Source: Mediterraneibacter gnavus (GTDB taxonomy: Bacteria > Pseudomonadota > Alphaproteobacteria > RF32 > CAG-239). From it: a stretch of 64,000 bases of DNA. Positions 19,301-27,803 of this stretch are shown here, in pieces. The position numbers and the translations under genes are program-made. The stretch is from the NCBI GenBank assembly GCA_963617265.1, contig CAVEOB010000001.1, positions 8,366 to 72,365 on the forward strand. The letters are read 5' to 3'. Positions within the stretch are counted from its first letter, which is position 1. The number at the start of each line of letters is the position of its first letter. The notes under the pieces are model-generated. The model saw only the letters and a list, made by a program, of their open reading frames with translations. It made no database searches and was not told the DNA's origin.

Positions 19301-19466
19301 TTTGAAACCAGAAGCCAGAGAATATAAATTAACAATGTACGCAAGTCATGATTTTAACGAAAGTTTGAGCGTGCGTTCTGAATTTGATGTGAGAATAAAT
19401 CCCGAGCATCAAAAACAGGCGAATGATTACCGTGCGTTAATGGGTTTGAATTGGAACTTTAACTAA
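16365..19466 (+). CDS. autotransporter with N-terminal ankyrin-repeat segment and subtilisin-like (S8) serine protease passenger
   Basis: Signal peptide MNTLKYFTILALTGVFCAPQAKA. Two ankyrin-like repeats (AAIENKPQKIQQLLNLGYSIDITDERGLSALCRAKSKGEDDAYNLLYKYGAD). A hydrophobic stretch plus Gly/Ser linker. S8 motifs HGSNVAGIIGA and GTSQAAPVVTGSFA. C-terminal beta-barrel ending ...LNWNFN. Start moved to ATG 16365 (AAGGA RBS). Confidence 0.75.
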   Translation: MNTLKYFTILALTGVFCAPQAKAATVIPPRFNSSIQDAFYRAAIENKPQKIQQLLNLGYSIDITDERGLSALCRAKSKGEDDAYNLLYKYGADDKAACMETAESIYRADMWNKAFKYSGTAALGIGVVGLFAFADGGSGGSSASSSGNDSSDVNYTPGDNGTTDTSRDWSTKLEPVTGTYENIANNLDDAYFENNKEYSDSNYKLMQGTSVNYLGAINAAEAYKHFYGTDSKGNFASKLANVNAGVIDSGVWGKHSEFAVGEGTKVTGYNFDYGPCLSGDTKNCWTYDISEGVQCQDDSCTIKMLLSDENGKNKTTKYMGCQKGDSAEVCYNRWAANYAQNYDWDKLQYYYYPNWANDKLDNMDSVLHGSNVAGIIGANIDGKGNMGVAGANATITAVRWDLMSSLADPLNKLLADGVSVVNMSFGLDSSDDLNASKINEYVDLIDDDELKAYDNIIDSYKDVTNSVTGKTSKDGMVLIKAAGNEGKSQPNLRSGLKLLESRYSDLQMLVVVSADVTMNGNKLQSYKLSEFSNQCGAASAYCITAPGGDGNSETVKSTIVSAGQPGSSDYNYIALAGTSQAAPVVTGSFAFLKGAYPYMSSQEIISLMLETANTKDASDSYSAAKYGAGLLDLGAAVNSYISENGVTTAAGNSLSDGQLNLSQARLNVPSTFKNAVQKALPKTVTAFDKYARPFAVSTANYVGTTHGGYKNLKNDVYQIAKAAKTTKVQQGGLSFAFSGSAGNSKGSGLGFMQADYQNGNTKSGFYFSENTKYENGGSFAAATTNPFMSFQNAYGVYNTFAFNKNAGFKLEAVTGRNGLYDGDSSYQDSSFKKQAYALNSELQLHKDENWGFSLMNGLLYEEAAALGLNGNGAFKTQNSSTYNAGVKASWFVTPRLTLSGSYYRGYTQGQSFASKLLETSALTSESFAFDANYKVSKQTEVGLGLSSPLRVVDGTLSVNFPNGRDNYSDEVYFNRYKAALKPEAREYKLTMYASHDFNESLSVRSEFDVRINPEHQKQANDYRALMGLNWNFN

Positions 19467-19481
19467 ACAAAAGGTGGACTG

Positions 19482-22400
19482 ATGGCAGATAAAATTTGGC
19501 GGGAAAAAAAGTTTTTCCCGCTTTTGGCTACCCAATTTCTTGGGGCTTTTAACGACAATCTTTTTAAAAACACTTTGATGGTTTTTATAGCGTATAAGCT
19601 GTTGGCTGATGCTCAAACAGTTAATATTTACGCTAATTTGGCAGCCGGTATTTTTATTTTGCCGTATTTTTTGTTTTCGGCGTTTGCCGGTTTGCTGGCG
19701 GATAAATACAGCCGTTCCAAACTGACGCGGGTTTTGAAAATTGTTGAACTGGTTTTGATGAGTACCGCGGCGGTTATATTTATGTTTGATGCGCCGAATT
19801 TGCTTATTTTTATGCTGTTTCTTATGGGACTGCAGTCTACATTTTTTGGACCTATAAAATATGCTTTATTGCCGCAGCTGCTGAAATCTAACGAGCTGGT
19901 TGCCGGTAATGCCTATGTGGAGGCAAGTACTTATATTTCCATTATTTTAGGCTCAATATTAGGAACAATGCTGCCAATTTATGCCAGCGTGTTTTTGCTG
20001 ATTTTATGCGCTGCCGCCGGAGTGTTTTTCGCCTATAAAATTCCTGAAACTTCGGGAGTGCAGCCTGACTTGAAAATAAGCTTTAATTTAAGCCGGCAGA
20101 TAAAAGAAAATATCAGCCTTATCCGTTCGCATACCATTGTTTTCCGCACTATTATTGGCGCTACATGGTTTTGGGTTTTGGGCGTGTTTTTTCTGACGGA
20201 ACTTTTTCCGCTTTGCAGCAAGGTTTTTAACACTGAAAAAACAGTAGTCACAATGTTTTTGGTGCTGTTTTCAGTGGGGGTGGGTGCTGGTTCAATTTTT
20301 TGCAATAAATTGCTTAAAGGCGAAGTCAGCGTGGTGTATGTACCGATAAGCGCTGTGGGGTTGAGTCTGTGTTCATTTGCGGTTTATTGGCTTTCCTGCG
20401 GTTTTGCGACGCCGGATAATACTTTGAGTCTGACTCAATTTTTGAGCTTGCCGCGCGGAATTTTGCTAAGCTTGTTTTTGTTTGCTTTTGCTTTTTGCGG
20501 CGGTATGTATGTGGTGCCGCTTAACGCCTTGATGCAGAAAAAGGCGCCGAAGAAAAGCACGGCGTCGGTGATTGCCGGAAACAATATTATAAACTCGCTA
20601 GGCATGGTTGGCATTTCATTGCTGGCGGTGGTGTTGACGGCGCTCGGGTTTAAAATTACAACGTTGTTTTTGTTTGTGGCGATTATCAGCGCCGGCGTGG
20701 CGGTTTATATTTGTATGCTGCTGCCTGATGCTTTGGTGCGATCAATATTCCGCTCTCTGCTGAAAATCTTTTTTAGAGTGGACGTTTCCGGCGTGCAGAA
20801 TCTGCAAAAAGCCGGGAGTAAAGTGCTGATTATCGCTAATCATGTTTCGCTGCTGGACGGGGTGCTGATAGCCGCATTTTTACCGCGGAAAATTACCTTT
20901 GCCATAGATAGCGACTGGGGCGCAAAATGGTATGTGAAGCTGTTTAGCGGACTGGTTGATTTTTGCCCGCTGAATCCAGTAAATCCGTTAGCAATCCGCA
21001 CGTTGATTGATGAGGTCAATAAAAATAAAACCGTGATGATTTTTCCGGAAGGGCGAATTAGCGTTACCGGCTCATTGATGAAAGTTTATGAAGGTGCCGG
21101 AGTTATCGCCTCTAAAACCGGCGCTAAAGTTGTGCCACTGCGCATTGACGGAGCACAGTATTCAAAGTTTTCGTATATTGGAAATATTGTCAAAACCCAA
21201 GTGTTTCCAAAAATAAAAATGTTTGTGCTGCCGGCTTGCGATTTGAAGGTTGCCGAGAGCTTGTCTATGCGTGAAAAAAGACACGCCGCGTCGCTCAAAT
21301 TATATGATTTGATGGCTGCGATGATGTATCGGACAACCGATAAAAATGTACCTTTATTCAATGCGTTGCTGCAAGCTGAAAACTTGTTTGGCTCAAAACA
21401 TAAAATAGCCTTGGATATGCAGAAAAAAACACTGAATTACGGGCAGTTTGTGTTAAAAAGCTATGTGCTGGGCGCGGCGTATAAAAAACTGTTTTTTGAT
21501 GAAGAAAAAGTCGGAGTTTTGCTGCCTAACAGTTTGGCAAACGCCGTAAGCTTTTTTGCTTTGCAATATGCGGCAAAAATTCCGGTTATGCTGAATTTTT
21601 CGCTGGGAACGGCTCAATTCGAATCCTGCTTAAAAACAACAAAACTGCGCAAGGTTATCAGTTCCCGCAAATTTATTGAAGCCGGCAAGCTGGAGCGTTT
21701 GGTGGAAAGCGTAAAAAATGCAGGAGCGGAAATTATTTATTTGGAAGATTTTGCAAAGCAAATTGCTTGGACGACCAAACTTAAAGGCATTAAAAAATAT
21801 CTGCGCCGCGAAGCCGTGAAAATAAATGCGGATAAAACGGCGGCTATTTTGTTTACCTCTGGTTCAGAAGGCTTGCCTAAGGCGGTTTTGCTGTCGCACC
21901 GCAATATATTGGCAAATGTGCAGCAGCTACGTTTGGCAGTGCCGTTTTGTTCTAAAGATGTGTTTTTGAATGCACTGCCGATGTTTCATTCGTTCGGGCT
22001 GACCGTGGGTACGGTTCTGCCGCTTTTGCACGGCGTAAAGGTGTGTTTGTATCCGTCGCCTTTGCACTATCGCATTATACCTGAATTGGCTTATGATTTG
22101 CAGGCAACGGCTATTATTGGAACAGACGCTTTTTTATACGGTTATGGACGCATGGCAAGCTCCTATGACTTTTTCCCGATACGCTTTGCGGTTGCCGGCG
22201 GTGAAAAGTTGAAGACGCGCACGGCGGAACTGTGGATGAAAAAGTTTGGGGTGCGTATTTTTGAGGGCTACGGCACAACAGAATTGTCTCCGGTTATTTC
22301 TGTGAATACGCCGATGTATTTCAAAGAGAACACAGTAGGGCGAATCTTGCCGGAAATTAAATATAAACTGCAAAAAGTATCTGGTGTCGATGACGGCGGA

Positions 22401-22853
22401 AAATTGCTGCTGCAAGCGGATAATGTGATGCTGGGCTATATGAAAGCTGATAAGCCTGATGTGCTGCAAAAGGCGGAAAATTGGTATGATACCGGCGATG
22501 TTGTAAAAATAGACGATGAAGGCTTTGTCACGGTTTGCGGAAGAGTTAAGCGCTTTGCCAAAATCGGCGGTGAAATGGTGTCGCTGACGACAGTTGAGCA
22601 GGCGGTGGAAAAACTGTATCCGAATGCCGTGTTCGGCGCATTGGCGGTGGCTGATGATAAAAAAGGCGAAAAGATAGTTTTAGTGACGGCGGATACTGAA
22701 ACAAAACTGCCGGAAATTCAACGCTTTTTCAAAGCTCAAGGCATTAGTGAACTATGGTGTCCTAAAGAAGTGCTGTATGTGGCGGAACCTCCGTTGCTGG
22801 GAAGCGGAAAATTTGACTATCTGCGCGCTCAAAAAATGGCGGAAAAAAGATAG
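19482..22853 (+). CDS. aas: fused lysophospholipid transporter LplT (MFS) / 2-acyl-GPE acyltransferase (PlsC-like) / acyl-ACP synthetase (Aas)
   Basis: N-terminal roughly 400 aa form a 12-TM MFS. The middle carries the acyltransferase HX4D motif region (ANHVSLLDGVLI...FPEGRIS). The C-terminus carries AMP-binding motifs (TSGSEGLPKAV, GYGTTE). All lie in one 1123-aa ORF. Confidence 0.75.
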   Translation: MADKIWREKKFFPLLATQFLGAFNDNLFKNTLMVFIAYKLLADAQTVNIYANLAAGIFILPYFLFSAFAGLLADKYSRSKLTRVLKIVELVLMSTAAVIFMFDAPNLLIFMLFLMGLQSTFFGPIKYALLPQLLKSNELVAGNAYVEASTYISIILGSILGTMLPIYASVFLLILCAAAGVFFAYKIPETSGVQPDLKISFNLSRQIKENISLIRSHTIVFRTIIGATWFWVLGVFFLTELFPLCSKVFNTEKTVVTMFLVLFSVGVGAGSIFCNKLLKGEVSVVYVPISAVGLSLCSFAVYWLSCGFATPDNTLSLTQFLSLPRGILLSLFLFAFAFCGGMYVVPLNALMQKKAPKKSTASVIAGNNIINSLGMVGISLLAVVLTALGFKITTLFLFVAIISAGVAVYICMLLPDALVRSIFRSLLKIFFRVDVSGVQNLQKAGSKVLIIANHVSLLDGVLIAAFLPRKITFAIDSDWGAKWYVKLFSGLVDFCPLNPVNPLAIRTLIDEVNKNKTVMIFPEGRISVTGSLMKVYEGAGVIASKTGAKVVPLRIDGAQYSKFSYIGNIVKTQVFPKIKMFVLPACDLKVAESLSMREKRHAASLKLYDLMAAMMYRTTDKNVPLFNALLQAENLFGSKHKIALDMQKKTLNYGQFVLKSYVLGAAYKKLFFDEEKVGVLLPNSLANAVSFFALQYAAKIPVMLNFSLGTAQFESCLKTTKLRKVISSRKFIEAGKLERLVESVKNAGAEIIYLEDFAKQIAWTTKLKGIKKYLRREAVKINADKTAAILFTSGSEGLPKAVLLSHRNILANVQQLRLAVPFCSKDVFLNALPMFHSFGLTVGTVLPLLHGVKVCLYPSPLHYRIIPELAYDLQATAIIGTDAFLYGYGRMASSYDFFPIRFAVAGGEKLKTRTAELWMKKFGVRIFEGYGTTELSPVISVNTPMYFKENTVGRILPEIKYKLQKVSGVDDGGKLLLQADNVMLGYMKADKPDVLQKAENWYDTGDVVKIDDEGFVTVCGRVKRFAKIGGEMVSLTTVEQAVEKLYPNAVFGALAVADDKKGEKIVLVTADTETKLPEIQRFFKAQGISELWCPKEVLYVAEPPLLGSGKFDYLRAQKMAEKR

Positions 22854-22990
22854 AATATTTTATAAAGCAAATTATTGTGGATAACACTTTTTAAAGCATG
22901 GTTAAAAGAGCAAAAAATGATGAAAGCGGGCATGAAAATATTTAGAATCAGCGTATAAAATAATTGCTGAAAATTATCGCTTTAAAAACA

Positions 22991-23023
22991 AAAAATACCT
23001 GTTTTTCCGACAGGTATTTTTTT
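22991..23023. terminator. bidirectional rho-independent terminator (AAAATACCTGT-TTTTCCG-ACAGGTATTTT)
   Basis: Perfect 11-bp stem with T-runs on both sides, between the convergent aas (+) and the DUF2934 gene (-). Confidence 0.6.
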
Positions 23024-23040
23024 GCAGAAATAAAAGCAAC

Positions 23041-23280
23041 TTATTTCTTAGATGTTTTTCTGCTGGTGCTTGATTTAGCAGTGCTAGATTTAGCAGATGA
23101 TTTTATTGCAGATTTTTTGCTAGAGCAAGCAGAGCTTGAGTTTGAGCAAGAGTTGTTGCCATAAAGCTGGTTGATAGCCATTGTCCAAAAATATTCATCT
23201 TTACCATTTGGGCAACCTGCGTTCTGCCAGTTGTAATAAGCAGCTTCGCGTATATAATTTTCATTATAATTTTTAGTCAT
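23041..23280 (-). CDS. DUF2934-family small protein with Ser/Lys-rich tail
   Basis: N-terminus YIREAAYYNWQNAGCPNGKDEYFWTMAINQL matches the DUF2934 signature (Y..W...G.P.G.D...W..A). Host-like codon usage; flanked by terminators. Confidence 0.55.
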   Translation of the reverse strand: MTKNYNENYIREAAYYNWQNAGCPNGKDEYFWTMAINQLYGNNSCSNSSSACSSKKSAIKSSAKSSTAKSSTSRKTSKK

Positions 23281-23497
23281 TTTATATCTCCAATAATTGT
23301 TTATAACAATGTTGAGTATAAACGCTTTTTTTCTAGCGTCAATACTTTAAAAAACAGAAAATCAACACTAAAAAAAATTATCCCGAATTTTAGCATATTT
23401 TCTTGCATTTAAATTGATTAGTTTATATAGATATAAGATGAAAGTTTTAATATAGGCAAACTAATATTATTTTGCTGTTCTGTTATGGGAGTTTATT

Positions 23498-25696
23498 ATG
23501 GATAATATGTTATCAAAGGAAGAAATTACGGCAATTGTTGAAGGTGATCACGGCAATGTTTTTGCGGTTCTCGGAATTCATCGCAATAAAGGCACAAAAA
23601 AGGTCTTTATCCGCGCCTATCAGCCGTTTGCTTCGTCTATTGAAGTGATTGATGAAAAGGGCGAATCCTTAGGTAAAATGGAAAAAATAGACGAGAGAGG
23701 ATTTTTCCAGATAAACTTTGACAGATCGGAAGACTTTGTTTACCATTTTAGAATTACCAATGATAAAGGACATGTTTATGAGGCGGAAGACACCTATCGT
23801 TTTCCGGCGACAATCGGCGATATAGATGAATATTTGTTTGCTCAGGGAAATCATCGCGATATTTATAAAAAGCTTGGTGCGCATTTAATGGAAATTGACG
23901 GCGTAAAAGGCGTGGCTTTTGCCGTGTGGGCGCCTAATGCTAAACGTGTGTCGGTTATCGGCAGTTTCAATAACTGGGACGGACGCATTGACGTGATGCG
24001 CAAGCATATTAACTGCGGCGTGTGGGATATATTTATTCCAGGGCTGGTAGAAGGCGAATATTACAAATTTGAAATTAAAACTCAAGATAACAGAATTTTA
24101 ACGAAATCCGACCCGATGGCGACATTTGCCGAAGTGCGCCCGAATACGGCTTCTATTGTGTATGATATCAACCACTATCAATGGAATGACGGCGAGTGGT
24201 TGAAACACCGTGAAAACAGCAACACCTATGACCGTCCGATGTCAATTTATGAGGTGCATTTAGGCTCTTGGCGCCGCAAAGGTGATAACGGCAGCGAATT
24301 TTTGACCTATCGCGAATTTGCCGAAAGATTGGTTCCGTATGTCAGCAATATGGGCTTTACGCATGTGGAATTTCTGCCGCTGTGCGAACACCCGCTTGAT
24401 GCCTCTTGGGGCTATCAAATCACTGGTTTGTTTGCTCCGACTTCCCGTTTTGGCACGCCGGACGATTTCCGCTATATGATTGATAAATTCCACCAAGCCG
24501 GCATTAGCGTGATTATGGACTGGGTTCCGGCGCATTTCCCGAAAGATGCTCACGGTTTGGCAGAATTTGACGGCACCTGCTTATATGAACATTCCGACCC
24601 GCGCAAAGGTGAGCATAAAGATTGGGGAACTAAAATTTATAACTACGGACGCACCGAAGTTTGTAATTTGCTGTGCGCCAGCGCTTTGTATTGGTTGAAA
24701 GAATTTCATATCGACGGTCTGCGCGTTGATGCGGTGGCGTCTATGCTTTATTTGGACTATTCGCGCAAACAAGGCGAGTGGGTGCCGAATGTTTACGGCG
24801 GCAATGAAAATTTGGAAGCAATCGCCTTTATCCGTAAGATGAACGAGATGGTTTATACTCAAACCAAAGGCACCATTACCTGCGCTGAAGAATCAACGGC
24901 ATGGCCGATGGTTTCGCGTCCGGTTTCTGCTGGCGGCTTAGGCTTTGGCTACAAATGGAATATGGGCTGGATGAACGATACTTTGCGCTATATCAGCCAT
25001 GAGCCAGTGCACCGCAAATATCATCACGGCTTGCTGACTTTCGGTTTGCTGTATGCTTTCAACGAAAACTTTATTTTGCCGATTTCGCATGATGAAGTTG
25101 TGCACGGCAAAGGCTCTATGCTGGAAAAAATGCCTGGGGACGAGTGGCAGAAGTTTGCTAACTTGAGAGCTTATTACGGCTTTATGTGGACGCACCCAGG
25201 CAAAAAACTTTTGTTTATGGGCAATGAGTTTGCACAGGATTGGGAGTGGAACAGCGAAGAAAGCCTGCGCTGGTTCTTGTTGGATTATCCAATGTATAAA
25301 GGTATGCAAAACTGCGTGCGCGATTTGAATTTGATGTATAAAGGCAATGAGGCGCTGTATGAAGAAGATTTTGATTCTCGTGGTTTTGAGTGGATAGACC
25401 ATTCAAATTGCGATGACAGCGTAATATCTTATATCCGTAAGGGACATAATCCGGACGATTATTTGGTGGTGGTCTGCAACTTTACGCCGGTGGTGCGTCA
25501 TAACTATCGGATTGGCGTGAGCGAGGCTTGCGCTTATCAAGAAATTTTTAACAGCGATGATAAAAATTATTGGGGCAGCGGCGTACGCAATGAAGGACCG
25601 CAGCAGGCGCAGAATTTGAGCGTCAGCGGCAGACCGTATTCCGTTGAATTGGTATTGCCTCCGCTTTCTACCATTGTATTGAAACCCGTCCGCTAA
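23498..25696 (+). CDS. glgB: 1,4-alpha-glucan branching enzyme
   Basis: 732 aa. GH13 catalytic regions (GLRVDAVASMLY, GNEFAQ.WEW) and an N-terminal CBM48; full-length GlgB architecture. Confidence 0.9.
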   Translation: MDNMLSKEEITAIVEGDHGNVFAVLGIHRNKGTKKVFIRAYQPFASSIEVIDEKGESLGKMEKIDERGFFQINFDRSEDFVYHFRITNDKGHVYEAEDTYRFPATIGDIDEYLFAQGNHRDIYKKLGAHLMEIDGVKGVAFAVWAPNAKRVSVIGSFNNWDGRIDVMRKHINCGVWDIFIPGLVEGEYYKFEIKTQDNRILTKSDPMATFAEVRPNTASIVYDINHYQWNDGEWLKHRENSNTYDRPMSIYEVHLGSWRRKGDNGSEFLTYREFAERLVPYVSNMGFTHVEFLPLCEHPLDASWGYQITGLFAPTSRFGTPDDFRYMIDKFHQAGISVIMDWVPAHFPKDAHGLAEFDGTCLYEHSDPRKGEHKDWGTKIYNYGRTEVCNLLCASALYWLKEFHIDGLRVDAVASMLYLDYSRKQGEWVPNVYGGNENLEAIAFIRKMNEMVYTQTKGTITCAEESTAWPMVSRPVSAGGLGFGYKWNMGWMNDTLRYISHEPVHRKYHHGLLTFGLLYAFNENFILPISHDEVVHGKGSMLEKMPGDEWQKFANLRAYYGFMWTHPGKKLLFMGNEFAQDWEWNSEESLRWFLLDYPMYKGMQNCVRDLNLMYKGNEALYEEDFDSRGFEWIDHSNCDDSVISYIRKGHNPDDYLVVVCNFTPVVRHNYRIGVSEACAYQEIFNSDDKNYWGSGVRNEGPQQAQNLSVSGRPYSVELVLPPLSTIVLKPVR

Positions 25697-25715
25697 AACA
25701 ACGTAAGGAAATTAA

Positions 25716-27803
25716 ATGAACAAAGACATAAGAGTTTTAAACGGCAGTCCCTATCCTTTAGGGGCTGCATGCGATGAGAAAGGCGTAAATTTTGCGCTGT
25801 TTTCTGCTAATGCCGAAAAAGTTGAGCTTTGTTTGTTTGATGAAAGCGGTTGCAAAGAACTGCAGCGTTTTCCGATTTTGGAAAATGATAATAATATTTG
25901 GCATATCTATTTGGAAGGCGTTAAAGCCGGACAGCTTTACGGGTATCGGGTTTACGGTCCGTATGAACCGGCAAAAGGAAAACGTTTTAACCCGAACAAA
26001 CTACTGATGGATCCGTATGCTAAAAAACTGAGCGGAGAAATTATTTGGCATAAAGCCTTGTTTGGCTATGACACCGACAGTGCGGATAAAGACTTGTCTT
26101 TCAGCACGCTGGACAGTGCTCCGTATGTGCCAAAGTCGGTGGTTGTTGGCGATACGTTTGATTGGGGGGATGACGCTGCGCCGAAAATTGCCGACGGCAA
26201 ACGCGTGATTTATGAAGCGCATGTCGGAGGATATACCAAGCTGCACCCAAAAGTAGAAGCAGCAGAGCGCGGCAAGTTTTTAGGCTTGGGCGCCAAAAGC
26301 GTGGTCAACTATTTGAATTGGCTGGGCGTTACCTCGGTTGAGCTGTTGCCGGTATTTGCGTTTTTCGGCGAAAAACACGGTATGTATATCGATAATTACT
26401 GGGGCTATGAAACACTTTCATATTTTGCTCCGGAAGCCAAATATATGGTGGAAAATAATCTCGATGAGTTTAAGCAGATGGTCAAAACTCTGCATGCCGC
26501 CGGTAAAGAAGTTATATTGGATGTGGTCTACAATCATACGATTGAAGGCAACCAAATGGGACCGACTTTGTGCTATCGCGGTATAGATAATGAGAGCTAT
26601 TATACTCTGCAGGAAAATCCGCGTTATTATTTTGACAGCACCGGCTGCGGCGCATCATTTAATTTGCAGAATCCGTATGTATTGACTTTGGTTATGGATT
26701 CAATGCGCTATTGGGTGGAAAAAATGCACGTTGACGGTTTTCGCTTGGATTTGGCTTCAAGTTTGAGTCGGGTGCGCGGAGAGTTTACGCAGGACAGCGG
26801 TTTTTTGCTGGCGGCGCGTCAAGATGAAATTTTGCGCAAGGTTAAAATTATTGCCGAGCCATGGGACGCCACTATGGACGGCTATCGTATCGGCGGATTT
26901 CCGCCGTCGTGGTATGAGTGGAATGACCGTTACCGTGATGTGGTGCGGCGTTTTTGGCGTGGCGACCGCAAGCAGGTTGGGGAACTTGCCAGCCGCTTAT
27001 CAGGTTCCAGTGATATATTCGGATATGCCAACCGCGATATTGACAGCAGCGTCAATTTTTTAACCTCGCATGATGGTTTTACGTTGCATGATTTGGTCAG
27101 CTATAACGAAAAGCACAATATGGTGAATGGTGAAAACAATCGCGACGGCAACGATGCCAACTGGAGCTGGAATTCCGGTGCAGAAGGCGAAACGGAAAAG
27201 CGTTTGGTTATTGAAAACCGCGATTTGCGCACTAGAGCCATGCTGGCAACGCTTTTAATGTCGTTCGGCACGCCGATGCTGGTTGCTGGCGACGAGTTCG
27301 GCAACACCCAGTTTGGCAATAACAATCCGTATTGTCAGGATAATGTTTTGACCTGGATTGTTTGGGACGCTATCCGGCAGCAGGATAGGGATTTGGTTCG
27401 CTATGTCCGCCGGTTGATACAGCTGCGGCAAAAAATGGCTGTGTTTGCACGCAAAAAGTTTTTCAGCGGCAAGCTGATAGAAAAATACGCCCGCTATGAT
27501 GTTAAAGATATTATGTGGTATCGTGAAGACGGCGTGGAATTTCAAAATCCGGATTGGTATATGGAAGACCGCCACAGCCTGTCTTGTTTAATTTATGGAG
27601 AGCCTGAGGCGTATTTTGTGATTTATAATGCCAACGATAAGCCGATGAGCTGGACGCTTCCTGACTTTTTGGCAAAAACAAAAATCACGCTGGTTTTGGA
27701 CAGTAGCGAACAAATTAAAGCAGATACACCGATAGAAGTTGAAAAAATCGAAATACCGGCATGGTCGGTTTGGGTGTTGGATTTGAGAAGACTGGAGAAA
27801 TAA
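25716..27803 (+). CDS. glgX: glycogen debranching enzyme GlgX (isoamylase-type, GH13)
   Basis: 695 aa with a GlgX-type N-terminal domain and GH13 motifs (DVVYNHT, GFRLDLAS, EPWD). Confidence 0.85.
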   Translation: MNKDIRVLNGSPYPLGAACDEKGVNFALFSANAEKVELCLFDESGCKELQRFPILENDNNIWHIYLEGVKAGQLYGYRVYGPYEPAKGKRFNPNKLLMDPYAKKLSGEIIWHKALFGYDTDSADKDLSFSTLDSAPYVPKSVVVGDTFDWGDDAAPKIADGKRVIYEAHVGGYTKLHPKVEAAERGKFLGLGAKSVVNYLNWLGVTSVELLPVFAFFGEKHGMYIDNYWGYETLSYFAPEAKYMVENNLDEFKQMVKTLHAAGKEVILDVVYNHTIEGNQMGPTLCYRGIDNESYYTLQENPRYYFDSTGCGASFNLQNPYVLTLVMDSMRYWVEKMHVDGFRLDLASSLSRVRGEFTQDSGFLLAARQDEILRKVKIIAEPWDATMDGYRIGGFPPSWYEWNDRYRDVVRRFWRGDRKQVGELASRLSGSSDIFGYANRDIDSSVNFLTSHDGFTLHDLVSYNEKHNMVNGENNRDGNDANWSWNSGAEGETEKRLVIENRDLRTRAMLATLLMSFGTPMLVAGDEFGNTQFGNNNPYCQDNVLTWIVWDAIRQQDRDLVRYVRRLIQLRQKMAVFARKKFFSGKLIEKYARYDVKDIMWYREDGVEFQNPDWYMEDRHSLSCLIYGEPEAYFVIYNANDKPMSWTLPDFLAKTKITLVLDSSEQIKADTPIEVEKIEIPAWSVWVLDLRRLEK

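Noticed and set aside
22964-23164. 66-aa + ORF overlapping the DUF2934 gene
   Set aside because: The minus-strand frame encodes a recognisable DUF2934 N-terminus. The + frame is a repetitive Leu/Asp artefact of the Ser/Lys-rich tail.
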